Of a stretch of DNA of 64,000 nucleotides, positions 26,708-38,650 are shown in pieces. The notes below the pieces were generated by a model that was not told where the DNA came from, did no database searches, and saw nothing but the letters and a program-made list of their open reading frames with translations. The position numbers and the translations under genes are program-made. Source of the DNA: Octopus bimaculoides (taxonomy: Eukaryota). Location: assembly GCF_001194135.2 (NCBI RefSeq), contig NC_068985.1:72303831-72367830 (forward strand). The letters run 5' to 3'. Positions within the stretch are counted from its first letter, which is position 1. Each line of letters begins with the position of its first letter.

Positions 26708-27853
26708 CAGGGGTTGGAGAAGATGATGGAAACACCTTAAAATTTTAAACAAATTTCTTTTAATATGGGGTAGGACCACCTTTCGCAGTAATTACAGCTT
26801 GAATTGTACGAGGTATGGACTCATACAAAGTTTGAATTGTTTCCAAAGGAATTTTTCTCCATCAGCTAAAACAGTCTCCAGTTCTTGTAGTGATGATGGT
26901 GGAGGATATCAACTCTTTACTTGTTTTCTTAAAATGTACCATAAATGTTCAATAATATTGAGATCTGGGGACTGTGGTGGCCAGATAAAATGTTCAACTT
27001 CACTAGAATGTTCCTTATGCCATTCAGTAACAACTTTAGCTGTGTGAATTGGTGCATTATCATCCTGAAAGATTGCATTTCCCTCCGGAAACAGTTCCGT
27101 AACCATAGGATGAATTTGATCAGATAAAATTCTTAGTCTTCACTATTAATTCTTCCATGAAGGGAAACCATTGGGCCAGTGGATTTCCAAGATATAGCCC
27201 CCCAGATCATCACAGATCCTCCTCCATGCTTAACAGTTGGAAGAAGGCAGTCTGGGTCAAATGTTTCTTTTGGCTGTCTCTAGGGACCAATTTTGTAGGT
27301 TTTTACTCAACTTTAAATGCTTTGCAACATTTGTTTTTGAAAGTAGTGGTTTTCTGATTGCAGCTCTCTTGTGGAAACTGGGTTTTCAAGGTAGTCATTA
27401 AGCTCTGCAGTAATTTTGGGAGCTGTACTTTTGTGATCCTTTCTAACAATTTGCATAAGAGTCCGACGGTCCCTATCTGAAAGTTTTGGTTTTCTTCCAG
27501 AGTTTTGTTTTGATATGGAGAATTTTCCCTCTTTCTCAAAGGCTGTCATTACTTTCGAGACAGTACTTCTTGATACACCAAACATTTCAGCTGTTTTCAT
27601 TACACTAACACATGCCATACGAGCACCAGCAATTTGACCATTTTGGAAGTCCAATATATGTCATTTTAATGAATTTTAACTACTTTTTTCTGATGATATC
27701 TGAAAAGAGACTGCAATTTTAGCAAAACATATTAAGCAACGCTAAAAATAAATCAACAAACATAAATATAAACAAGCTTTTGATGGTTTTATAGATATTT
27801 CAAAATTAGGATGCTATGATGCTAGGTGTTTCCATTATTTTGTCCAACTCCTG
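26708..27853 (-). mobile_element. Tc1-type DNA transposon (DD36E), 1146 bp, decayed
   Basis: 29-bp TIRs CAGGGGTTGGAGAAGATGATGGAAACACC / rc CAGGAGTTGGACAAAATAATGGAAACACC (25/29 identical). TA duplication at 26706-07 and 27854-55. Transposase remnants inside. Confidence 0.95.
26909..27654 (-). pseudogene. Disrupted Tc1-family transposase
   Basis: N-terminal HTH region with GRKPKL, then TVKHGGGSVMIWG, FQDDNAPIH and WPPQSPDLNIIEHLW. Contains frameshifts and stops. The first catalytic D (xSDES block) is lost in an internal deletion near 27280. D (27059-27061) to E (26948-26950) spacing is 108 nt = 36 aa. Confidence 0.92.
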
Positions 27854-28850
27854 TATATAATATATTATATTATCATTATATATATATATATATGTATGTA
27901 TATGTATGTTCCTTTAACTTATGCTAGCATGTAAAAACAGATATAAAACAAATGAATAATTAAATATATAAATTAAAAGTATACACACACATATATATAC
28001 CCACTTGCACATACAGACATACATTCGTACATTAGAAGTCCAATCTGTAAGTAGAACAGTAAAAATATGCAAGACTTTTCTCAAGTTCCAAATGTGAATT
28101 TGTCTGTGTTAACTATATCCCAAAGATGGAGCCTTGTATCTTTGTTGGAAACTGACTCCCTCCTCAGTGGAAGATTTATGATAATTAAAAAATAGAAGAG
28201 GCATGCATACATATAAGCAGGTGTTACTTTGCAACCTTGAGGTTTTGAGTTCAGTTCAAAAGCAAAGCACTTTGGGCATGTCTTTTAACACAACCTCAAG
28301 TTGGCCTGTAGCTTGTGGGCATAATTTGGAAGATGAAAGCTGTTGCTGAAGTTCATTACGTGTGTGTGTGTGTGTCATTAACCAGCTTGTCAGCAAGAAT
28401 ATAAGCAATAACAAAACTGCAAATTCAAAATGAAGTCCCTTGGGATTTCTCTTCTGAATGAAGTTATATATATATACACAATCCTTTATCACTCCCACCA
28501 TCAGAAATACAGTGGACCAACAATTAGTCTAATGGGGATTTCTAACAAAGGATTCTATTGTTCATCAATTGTGACATAAAATAAATATGCAATATAATAT
28601 ATACCACTGTATATGCCTTTGTGTGAGTGTGTGTGTGTGTGTGTGTGCATGCGTATGTGTATGTGTGCATATATATATATATATGTGTGTGTGTTTGTAT
28701 ATATATTTATAAATAGGAAACTGGCACAACAAGGCACCAATGTTTGCTGGAAATGGCAGTCAATAACCGTACAACACTATGTAAAGCTTTACTGAATGCA
28801 TAGAGGCTGGAAAATAATACTATTGTGTTGTAATGATATTTATAATTTAT

Positions 28851-29056
28851 GCCGTTTTCGTGCGGGTGACATGTAAAAGCACCCACTACACTCTCTGAGT
28901 GGTTGGCGTTAGGAAGGGCATCCAGCTGTAGAAACTCTGCCAAATTAGATTGGAGCCTGGTGTTGCCATCCGGTTTCACCAGTCCTCAGTCAAATCGTCC
29001 AACCCATGCTAGCATGGAAGGTGGAGGACGTTAAACGATGATGATGATGATGATGA
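28851..29056 (+). mobile_element. Young RTE-tailed retroposon (family C)
   Basis: Ends cgtccaacccatgctagcatgg...ggacgttaaacg(ATG)n. CpGs retained. Confidence 0.88.
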
Positions 29057-29810
29057 TATATATGTGTATATATATATGTGTANNNNNNNNNNNNNNNNNN
29101 NNNNNNNNNNNNNNNNNNNNNNNNNNNNNNNNNNNNNNNNNNNNNNNNNNNNNNNNNNNNNNNNNNNNNNNNNNNNNNNNNNNNNNNNNNNNNNNNNNNN
29201 NNNNNNNNNNNNNNNNNNNNNNNNNNNNNNNNNNNNNNNNNNNNNNNNNNNNNNNNNNNNNNNNNNNNNNNNNNNNNNNNNNNNNNNNNNNNNNNNNNNN
29301 NNNNNNNNNNNNNNNNNNNNNNNNNNNNNNNNNNNNNNNNNNNNNNNNNNNNNNNNNNNNNNNNNNNNNNNNNNNNNNNNNNNNNNNNNNNNNNNNNNNN
29401 NNNNNNNNNNNNNNNNNNNNNNNNNNNNNNNNNNNNNNNNNNNNNNNNNNNNNNNNNNNNNNNNNNNNNNNNNNNNNNNNNNNNNNNNNNNNNNNNNNNN
29501 NNNNNNNNNNNNNNNNNNNNNNNNNNNNNNNNNNNNNNNNNNNNNNNNNNNNNNNNNNNNNNNNNNNNNNNNNNNNNNNNNNNNNNNNNNNNNNNNNNNN
29601 NNNNNNNNNNNNNNNNNNNNNNNNNNNNNNNNNNNNNNNNNNNNNNNNNNNNNNNNNNNNNNNNNNNNNNNNNNNNNNNNNNNNNNNNNNNNNNNNNNNN
29701 NNNNNNNNNNNNNNNNNNNNNNNNNNNNNNNNNNNNNNNNNNNNNNNNNNNNNNNNNNNNNNNNNNNNNNNNNNNNNNNNNNNNNNNNNNNNNNNNNNNN
29801 NNNNNNNNNN

Positions 29811-29853
<43 letters not shown>

Positions 29854-30329
29854 TGCACATGTGTGTGTATATATGTATATACATGTTTGTAGATATACTT
29901 ACATATATATCATCATCATCACTTTAATTCCCATCTTTTCATGCTTCCATGAGTCAGACAATATGTTGAGGCAGTTTTCTTGTCACCAACTCTCACTAAG
30001 CAAGGTAAATTTTTCCCAATGATCAGACATCTTTTTCATGGCTGATTTAATACAAATAACATCACTTCAATCAATAACACTCATTTACAATCATCACATG
30101 ATCTTAAGACAAAAGGTGTACACATATATGCATGCACACACAAACACACACTCTCACACAAGCATACATACACACATGATATTTCAGGTTCAACCCAACC
30201 CTGTTTCCTTTGGTGTGGCCATATCACAGCAAATTACTTTATGATTTAATATGTGGCTTATTGCTGTGTATCACTCTTTTTCATGTATTTTCTTCATGCC
30301 GCATTCATTTCTCTCTGCGTTCCCTATAG

Positions 30330-30521
30330 CTTCCATGGTTGCTTCTTGGGCCAGTGTGACTGACAATGGTAATGCAAGCTGCAATAGCATTCGATCAAGT
30401 GCAGCCAGTTCAAGTGATGGCTCATTCTTGACCGAAGCAGACTATGCTAGTGCTGTTGCTAATGTTGCAGAACTTTCTGGACTCACCATGTTTGGAACTA
30501 CTGCCTTTGATCCAAAGTCTG
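30330..30521 (+). CDS. robo: Roundabout (Robo) receptor homolog, cytoplasmic-tail exon (192 bp, phase 1-1)
   Basis: Acceptor ctctctgcgttccctatag|, donor G|gtaagt. Translates to SMVASWASVTDNGNASCNSIRSSAASSSDGSFLTEADYASAVANVAELSGL..., matching the vertebrate ROBO1 segment SMINGWGS...[30 protein letters not shown] (recalled, not searched). Confidence 0.93.
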
Positions 30522-31313
30522 GTAAGTAAACAAGTGTATAAACAAATATTTAAAAATGAAAAAGAAAAAAAATATAAAACAATATGTCAAGAAAAAAAAA
30601 ACCTTAAAGAAAAACCTCATCAGTTGAAATTCATATAATTATCAATTATTTCTGTTGTTGCCACAAGGACACCATTTGGATGTTGAGGATAATTACATTG
30701 AGGAAAAAATTTAAAATATTGAAGGTCGTTATCCAGTGTGATAGGGAAACAATTATTTGAAAATAAACAAATAAAAGACATGTATGAATGTCTGTATATA
30801 TAAATTTATGACTTTGTGTGTGTGTGTGTAAAAAGAGAAAGACAGGTGCTATGAAGTCATTGACCTATTTGAAATTTGTACAACTTTAGTTCCATATGAA
30901 ACAGCATTTTTACCTCTATTTTTATCATGCATAATGCAGTATAAATATAGACGATGTCTTTTCTTATTCTACCCTTGTTTTGAAGAAATTAACTTTATTT
31001 CAATGATCTTTTCATTTTGAAATGCCAAGCAGGAGGTTTTCTTTAGAAAGAACATAAACAAATATCTCTGCACTCCAAGAAGTTTCATTGCAAAACCACA
31101 CACACACACATATGTGTGTATGTTTACATGTGTGCCATGTTTGTATTTATGTACGTGTGTTTGTATAACTATATATATATATATATCTATACACAGTAAT
31201 ACCTCACTTTACGAGACCCTGACTTTATGAGTTTTATTTTCTGTTTATGAGTTTTCGCTTTACAAGCATTCTCTGAGAATGAATTAACTCATATATTGAG
31301 GCATTACTGTATA

Positions 31314-31315
<2 letters not shown>

Positions 31316-31393
<78 letters not shown>

Positions 31394-31402
31394 TGTGTGT
31401 GT
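31316..31402. repeat. (TG)n microsatellite
   Basis: Directly visible. Confidence 0.95.
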
Positions 31403-31450
31403 GCACATGTGTGTTAATATATTTATATGTGCATATGCATATATGTGTAT

Positions 31451-31770
31451 GTCATCATCATTTAATGTGCATTGTCCATCTTGACATGGGATGGATGATT
31501 CAAGAGGATCTGACAAGCTGAAGGGCTATGTTGAGTTTCAGTGTCTGCTTTAGCATGGTTTCTACAGCTGGATGCCCTTCCAAATGCCAACCACTTGACA
31601 GAGTGTACTGGGTATGTTGTTCATGGTGCCAACACTAGTGAGGTTATCAAGTTACTTGCAAGATAAGATCTCCTTGACTGAGTGAGGTGGTTTTGTGCCA
31701 GGTGTTGAGAGACTAAAGTGTGATAGTGGGATAGGAACAAGAGTCTTGCTATAAAGAAGATACATGGCTA
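31451..31770 (-). mobile_element. RTE-related 3' end (family C tail)
   Basis: Contains tttctacagctggatgcccttcc..aaccact and caagttacttgcaaga. (ATG)n tail at 31451. Confidence 0.7.
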
Positions 31771-32508
31771 CCCCAACTGGAAAAATAGAAATGATGGTGA
31801 CGATGATGTGTCAGGGCATACCCTCAGAGTGCAAGCCAGTGATTATAAGAGAGAATAGGGACAAAAAATCATGAAGAGTGGGTGGTAGATTTGCAAGACT
31901 GAAAAGGTAGTAGCTGATGCTTGGCAACATGGTCAGTAGTGAATGTCAGATTGGATGGAAGAAAGGGAAGGAAAATAGATGTGGATCTGGGAAGAGGAGT
32001 GGTAAATGACAATACAAAAAAGGGCAGTGGAGAGATGATAAATAGGGAGATGATATGAGAGAGTATTCAGAGCAAGGAGCATTCAGTTGAAAAGAGATTG
32101 GTAAGGGATTAAGAATGCAGGAAGGGAAACAAAATGAAGTGGTTCCAAAAAGAGGAATAACTAGTGGCACAAAGTGAGGATGAAATATACGCACTTCTGC
32201 TGTTATATAATTACACTCACTGATTAAATAGTGCTGTAGCTAGAAGAGAGATAGAGGGATGAGTTGCGGTGATGGATTGATTAGGGNNNNNNNNNNNNNN
32301 NNNNNNNNNNNNNNNNNNNNNNNNNNNNNNNNNNNNNNNNNNNNNNNNNNNNNNNNNNNNNNNNNNNNNNNNNNNNNNNNNNNNNNNNNNNNNNNNNNNN
32401 NNNNNNNNNNNNNNNNNNNNNNNNNNNNNNNNNNNNNNNNNNNNNNNNNNNNNNNNNNNNNNNNNNNNNNNNNNNNNNNNNNNNNNNNNNNNNNNNNNNN
32501 NNNTATCC

Positions 32509-32560
<52 letters not shown>

Positions 32561-32589
32561 ATACATATAGATATATAATATGAAATTTT

Positions 32590-32665
32590 GAATTTAGTTC
32601 ACAGACCCCCAGAACTATCTTTGCAGACCACCAGGGGTTTATGGACCCCAGGTTGGGAACCATTG
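32590..32665. mobile_element. hAT-like MITE right end
   Basis: ...GGACCCCAGGTTGGGAACCATTG terminus; the rest is lost in the adjacent microsatellite and gap. Confidence 0.5.
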
Positions 32666-32734
32666 GTGTAGTGTAGAGCATAGAAATAATATGTTTATAC
32701 ATGTCTTCCTGAACACAATTGTCAATCATCTCAT

Positions 32735-33056
32735 TCCTTTGTCATCTCCACGAAGCTCAACTTTCTGAGATCAGTCGCCACTGCTTTGTTCCACATATTC
32801 CTGGGTATCTCTCTTCCTCAGGATCCATCCACATTTAGTGATTAACATTTCTTTATGCAGATGTCTTCACCCATACACATCACATGACCATAGGAGCAGA
32901 GTCATCTCTTTGTATACTACATCTGATGTTTCTCATGTACAACTTTTTGTACTATGCTAGCTTCATTTCTTTCTAACCATCACATGTCCTCTGGATCCCA
33001 AACCCATGTTTCACCACCATACTGCTCATACACAGCATCATACAATGTCTTTCACT

Positions 33057-33110
<54 letters not shown>

Positions 33111-33150
33111 TTTTGTTACCAACAGAGGTAATAGCTATTTCAGCTTTCTT
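32735..33150 (-). mobile_element. RTE-type LINE ORF2 C-terminal fragment, split by a (GA)n expansion
   Basis: Minus strand gives degenerate LLPLLVTKGVSL/RVK..LYDA..YGGETW, YGHVM.MGED.CIKKC.SLNVDG and ATDLRKLS..EMTK. Confidence 0.75.
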
Positions 33151-33497
33151 CAGCCAGTTATTCTAGTAACTATACTTTCAGACCATCTTCTACTGCCTAA
33201 GTAACAAAAATTATCTACAACCTCTAAAGATGTTTTTAGCATTCAAGAATATCTATTTTTCGTGTGCTCTTAATGTATATTGCTCCTGCACACTTATCAT
33301 AAATAAAGTGTACTTTCTCTGTTAACCTCCCGTTGATTCCACTATACCTCTGGTGTGTCCCTAGTTTGCACTGGGTACATATGTTGTATGAAATTTCTAC
33401 ACATCAGCACCATTTTTCTGAAGGGATTAGTTTTTTTATCTCTCTTTCTGCTAACTAGAACTTTGGTCTTTGCTAAGTTAACTTTATTTATTTGTGA

Positions 33498-33551
<54 letters not shown>

Positions 33552-34144
33552 TTATGTATATATGTATATAAGTGCAGGCATGGCTTTGTGGTAAGAAGCT
33601 TACTTCCTAACCACATGAATCCAGGTTCAGTATATGTAAGTGAATATATGTATTTATATGTTTGTGTGTATGCATATGTGTCTATGGATGTGTGGATATA
33701 TATGTATGTGTGTATATACACATATATTTATGTATGTATTCATGTACATACATAATGATATATTGTAGAGCATTGGTGAGCCCATGCTGAATGTACTATA
33801 GTGGTATCAAAACTACAAGCTATATGGTCATGAAAGTACCACCTTAATGATTCAGCCATGTAGATGTTAGAAATAATGTTTGAAATGGGAGGTGAAAATA
33901 TTTAACTTTTTTTTCACTAGGTTTAGTTTTGAGATTGTTACTTTTCACCTTATCCATCTTCATTATGTATATAAAGCACGATTTGATTTTGAAGTTCTAG
34001 AAATACATTCTAAAGCTGATGTTCAACTGTGCTCAGACTCACTTCAGTTATCACAGCCTACAAGTGTTTTGTAGAACAAGGTTTACTTAAATAAACAGAA
34101 GTTTTTACATGTCTTTGTAAAATATAATCAAAGCAATATATTAA

Positions 34145-34345
34145 CTTTTTACCATTTAAACCAGCCATATCTGGCCCAAATATTCTACCTGTTCTATGCT
34201 CACATCAGCTAGATCTGGCCTCTCATACCTGCCTACAAAAATAACCAATCATTTCATCAACTCAATACCACATGGTAATACATGATTAATTGAAAACAAT
34301 GTGGATAAATATTGCATTTGACAGAGTAGTCTGAATGTTAAAGGG
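34145..34345 (+). mobile_element. piggyBac-like MITE family F, copy 3
   Basis: Same interior (ccagccatatctggcccaaatattctacctg ... gacagagtagtctgaatgttaaaggg). Confidence 0.72.
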
Positions 34346-36489
34346 TATAAATTGTTTTTAATCTAAAAATAGTTATAATAAATTTATTTTAAGGATGCGC
34401 TGCATCTTTTCAAACTAATTCAGTCATGTACAGAACTAAAAAAATTATAACAGCTTGAAGTTTAAAATTGCACAAAGCCTTTATAATCCTTGCCCTCAAA
34501 ATAAGTAATCCAACAAAGGCTTTGCTAACAGAAACTTTGAAGTTACTGTCAACAACATTCTTGTATAAGAATAATAAATAATGATAACAATTTACAGTTA
34601 CACAATTCCACAAATTTTTAAGGGAACAATAAATAATGATCAATTAAATTAATTCCCAGTGCTTTACTTTTTCTTTTCACTTCAGAGAAATGCTAGAAAA
34701 TGTTTATATCTTCTCCTCATAACAGTTGAACTCTGGGTAAAAGTCGACCAATTTTTGTTAAAACAATAGTAACAGGCCAATGAGATATTCTGCACTGTCA
34801 TTCAATCTTCTAGAAAGAGCAGCAAGATTCCCTTAATTCACACCCTATTATTTTAAAACAAAAGAGACACCTTAGACTGTGAAGTCCTAGATGTGCAGAA
34901 AGATAGGATAGTCATAGCTGCAATGTTTATGATCAAAGATATGCTTGATCAAGGCAGTTGACTCAAACTAAACAACAGTAAAAACTGCCATAATAGTCAA
35001 TGAGGATTTCAGTTTTATATTCGAGTGTATCAGTTTAATATGATGGATATTTCCTTTAAAAAACCTAGAGAGCTGAGTAGAAGACATTGATCAGTGCAGT
35101 ACTCGAGCTCAAAATTTTGATGAAGTAAAAATTATATGTTGTAACCAGTCTCATGTTTCTCTGTTTCACATCCATTATCTCTACATTGTCACTCATCCTA
35201 CAACAAATGACAACAAAATCTACTTGAAATCATGTCTTGCTATCTTAAAAAGGGTGATTCTAAACATGTTGAGTCCAGAAATATTGGCCAGTATAATACT
35301 TGATATATAAAAAGATAGGATGTCCTTTACTAGAATACTTTTAATTATTTGTTTGCTCAATCAGGACCAGGATAAAGTTGAGTGAATCAATCTCATAGCT
35401 TGGAATAAAGTTGATTGAAACACTCTGGGTCTATGGACCAGCCAATAAAACAAGGAAAATAAACTGATCTGTTGAATTGCTTTTATGCTTGCTTCTCCCC
35501 AAAAGAATAGCCTTGTGCCCATTGTTAGACATAATTAAATATTATTATGATGATAACAGTAATAAAGTATAAATAAAGATATCAGGATAGAAAGATATTT
35601 CCATATATATATACTGTTGTATGAGATCATATTGTTGGATTGCTAAACTGTGGCTGAGCCAGTAAAGGAGCTTCTCTAGGTGGTTGTGAGAAATAGTAGC
35701 CAAATATTGCTAATCTCATACCCAAATCTTCTTAAAGAAGGAAGGACATGTCAAATGGATGGGATGATCACAGCTGGTATGCCTTTGAGCATAGGTCTGT
35801 TTGATCAAGTTTGACTTGGGCTAAACAACTTTTCAGTGATGTGTATCAGTTTGTGGTTTGTCCTCTAAATCTTTTAACAAAATGCTTCGTAAGAACACCC
35901 TTCTAGAAGCAGAGACATTTGAAGGATTAGAGAGAGAGAGAGAAGTAGATGAAAGGCGTGTTAGTTTTGAATTGTTTGAATTTTTATTTAAAATATGGCT
36001 ATGGCACTAATTGGAAATATACTGATCGCATTGTTGTCTGGTTTTCTAATCCATTGTTTTGTTGTATTTCTGGTTAAAACACTTAACTCTTGTATTGATT
36101 TAGTTCAATACAGCAATAGTAGTTTCATAGGTAGCAGGGTGGGAAGGTGATAGCTATGTGGTTGACATGCCACAAAGAGATTTTGTCTCTCCTTACTTAA
36201 AACCACACAAATCAGTACCAGCTTTATATTTTAGAAATTTGTAAACAAAGCATTAACTTTTAGCAGCATTTTTAAGAATTTGCTGTTATTTTTTTTTTTT
36301 CATTCAAACCTTAATTCATTTATGTCAAAGAAAATTGAATCGTATGGAAAATCAAACTAGCAACATAAATAAACTTTTGATATGAAACTGAATAAGCTAT
36401 ATGACTTGTTTAAAAACTGAACCTTTAACTTCAATAGCTTTTCTCATACAATACTAGATCTATATCAGTACAATAAAATTATGCTTCTA

Positions 36490-36733
36490 TTGGGTTGGTG
36501 CATAATTATTGCAGCTTGTTATCAACAAATTTTATTCAACAAAAACAATATTTAATAAAAACAGCTTTAAATGACGGTCTGGCCATCTTCCAAGCAAATG
36601 GGAGGCTGTAATTGAAGTAGATGGTGAATATGCTCCGGAATAATCATTTAAAGATGCTTTTGTTACATATTGTTATTGTTTTTATTGAATAAAATTTGTT
36701 GAAAAAAGCCACAATAATTATACACCAACCCAA
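36490..36733 (+). mobile_element. mariner internal-deletion derivative, 244 bp
   Basis: About 60-bp imperfect IRs starting TTGGGTTGGTGCATAATTATTGC (Hsmar1-like terminus). TA duplication. 36584-36643 encodes HLPSKWEAVIEVDGEYAPE*, a mariner transposase C-terminus. Confidence 0.9.
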
Positions 36734-37071
36734 TAATATATCATAAAATGGCAAATGTAATTATTTTAATTTAGGCTCTTAAGAGCATTCATTTTAAATA
36801 CTCATCAGAAATTCCGTTCTATCCAATTTGTGAATGAATTGTACTTAAATCCTAAACATTTCTGTATATATTTAACCTATATGTCACAATCTATTGCAGC
36901 ATTTCATAGGATTTCTTCACTCCAAATTCACAGACACACGCAGAAACACTAAACATTTCATTATATTTGATCTATGTTCTACACTTATATTCAGGAAAAA
37001 AAAAAAAACATTTTTTATATAAGATTTCAGAAGCATACCTCAAGTCATAGTCATTACACTATGTAACATGA

Positions 37072-37521
37072 TTTTTGTCCTTGGGTAGCAACTGTTATTT
37101 CCTATTTGCTAGTATTTCCCTCAAACTTTGCTTTTGTTACAATATTTATTCAAACTCCAAAGAATCTCTATCAGCACATGGCTATGATGCTTCCCCACTA
37201 TTCCTGCCCATGATCAGAAATGCACATATTGTCAGCCACTAAGAGTCAAGCTCAAGTGGTTATAGTCAAGCAACAGCCAAGCAAATTTGTATTGTTGAAC
37301 AGAATATTTGCTTTAATGATATTTCTGCTTCAGCAACTCGGCATTGAATCTGTCTGAAATGTGATGGAAAATAGGTCAGTTTCAAAACATTGATGTTCAG
37401 GTCGCAAAAGCAAAGTTTGAAGAGAATAGTAGTCATTTCCTTTGATTTCTAGATAGAAGTAAATAGGAAATAGCACTTACTGACCAAAGACAAAAAGAAT
37501 GAATAAATAAAAATTTTGCTA
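37072..37521. mobile_element. Foldback/MITE family G2, copy 1
   Basis: Collinear and similar to 57585-58060. Long imperfect terminal inverted arms (ttttgtccttgggtag...caaactttgcttttg / caaaagcaaagtttg...ctgaccaaagacaaaa). Confidence 0.7.
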
Positions 37522-37589
37522 CAGAGTGTTATTTGTACCAAACATATGAACTACACTCCTACTCAAAACATTTCAATAGCACCCATCAA

Positions 37590-37854
37590 TAACCATTTCA
37601 TAACCATATTTCTAATGAAATACACTGGTTATGTTTCAATTAATTTACAAAGTAATAAAATATTTGGACAGAATTTAATAAAAAGAAACATCTTTTTCAT
37701 TAATTGGAATATTAAACTATTGTTTGAATCTTTAACAAAAGCATTTCAAATTAATTGTTGATGGAAGATTTTAATTTAAATATGATCACACTAAAATTTA
37801 AAATATTGTATCCTGAAACCTGATGTGGTCTCGAGTGGGTTGGCATTAAAAGGG
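37590..37854. mobile_element. Second piggyBac-like MITE, degenerate
   Basis: Right end AAAAGGG|TTAA; left end only roughly similar. Shares gattttaatttaaatatga..cac with about 12190-12255. Confidence 0.35.
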
Positions 37855-38449
37855 TTAAAAGTTTTCATCACGTACTGGCTTAATGATGCAGTCACACTCC
37901 AAACCTTTCCCCACATCCTTTCTGATAACAGTAGTTTCTACACCACAGATACTGTATGATTTATAAAAGACAGAAGCAGTGAAAGAAATAACAAAACAAA
38001 ATTTAAAATTTTATAAAAAAAAAACAAAGGAATTTTTTAAAGAAATCACTGATTTAAATATTAAATACTGAAAGATAAAATCAAAACAATTTTCATTGTT
38101 TCTTCAATCAAACTTCATGTTTTCTCAATTTCTTTTCAAATCCCACATTTTCTGACATTTTGCTCTTCTTCCCTATCCCACATTAATTTTCTTTGTTCAT
38201 GCTTAATGGCTTATTAACTTGTGCTGTAACATTTTTTTTGTTTGTTTTTTTTTTACCCCTGAATTTTTTCAATTTTCTTTTTCTTTCTTTTTTGGCATGC
38301 TGCATGTTATGAAATTACCCAAATAAATCACCAAACATTTTGATCCTAACAATTTTTTGATATGTGAATTTTAAATTGAATTTTATTTAGTTTGTGTTTC
38401 AATTAGTACTTCATGTGCATACACACAAACATACAAACAAAATGAATAT

Positions 38450-38481
38450 ATAGATAGATAGATAGATAGATAGATAGGCTG

Positions 38482-38512
<31 letters not shown>

Positions 38513-38516
38513 GCTG

Positions 38517-38564
<48 letters not shown>

Positions 38565-38650
38565 CAGATAGGTTGTAGATAGACAGACAGACAGATAGAT
38601 AGATAGGTTGTAGAGAGACAGACAGATAGACAGACAGATAGACAGATAGG
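38450..38650. repeat. (GATA)n/(GACA)n tetranucleotide array
   Basis: Directly visible. Confidence 0.95.
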
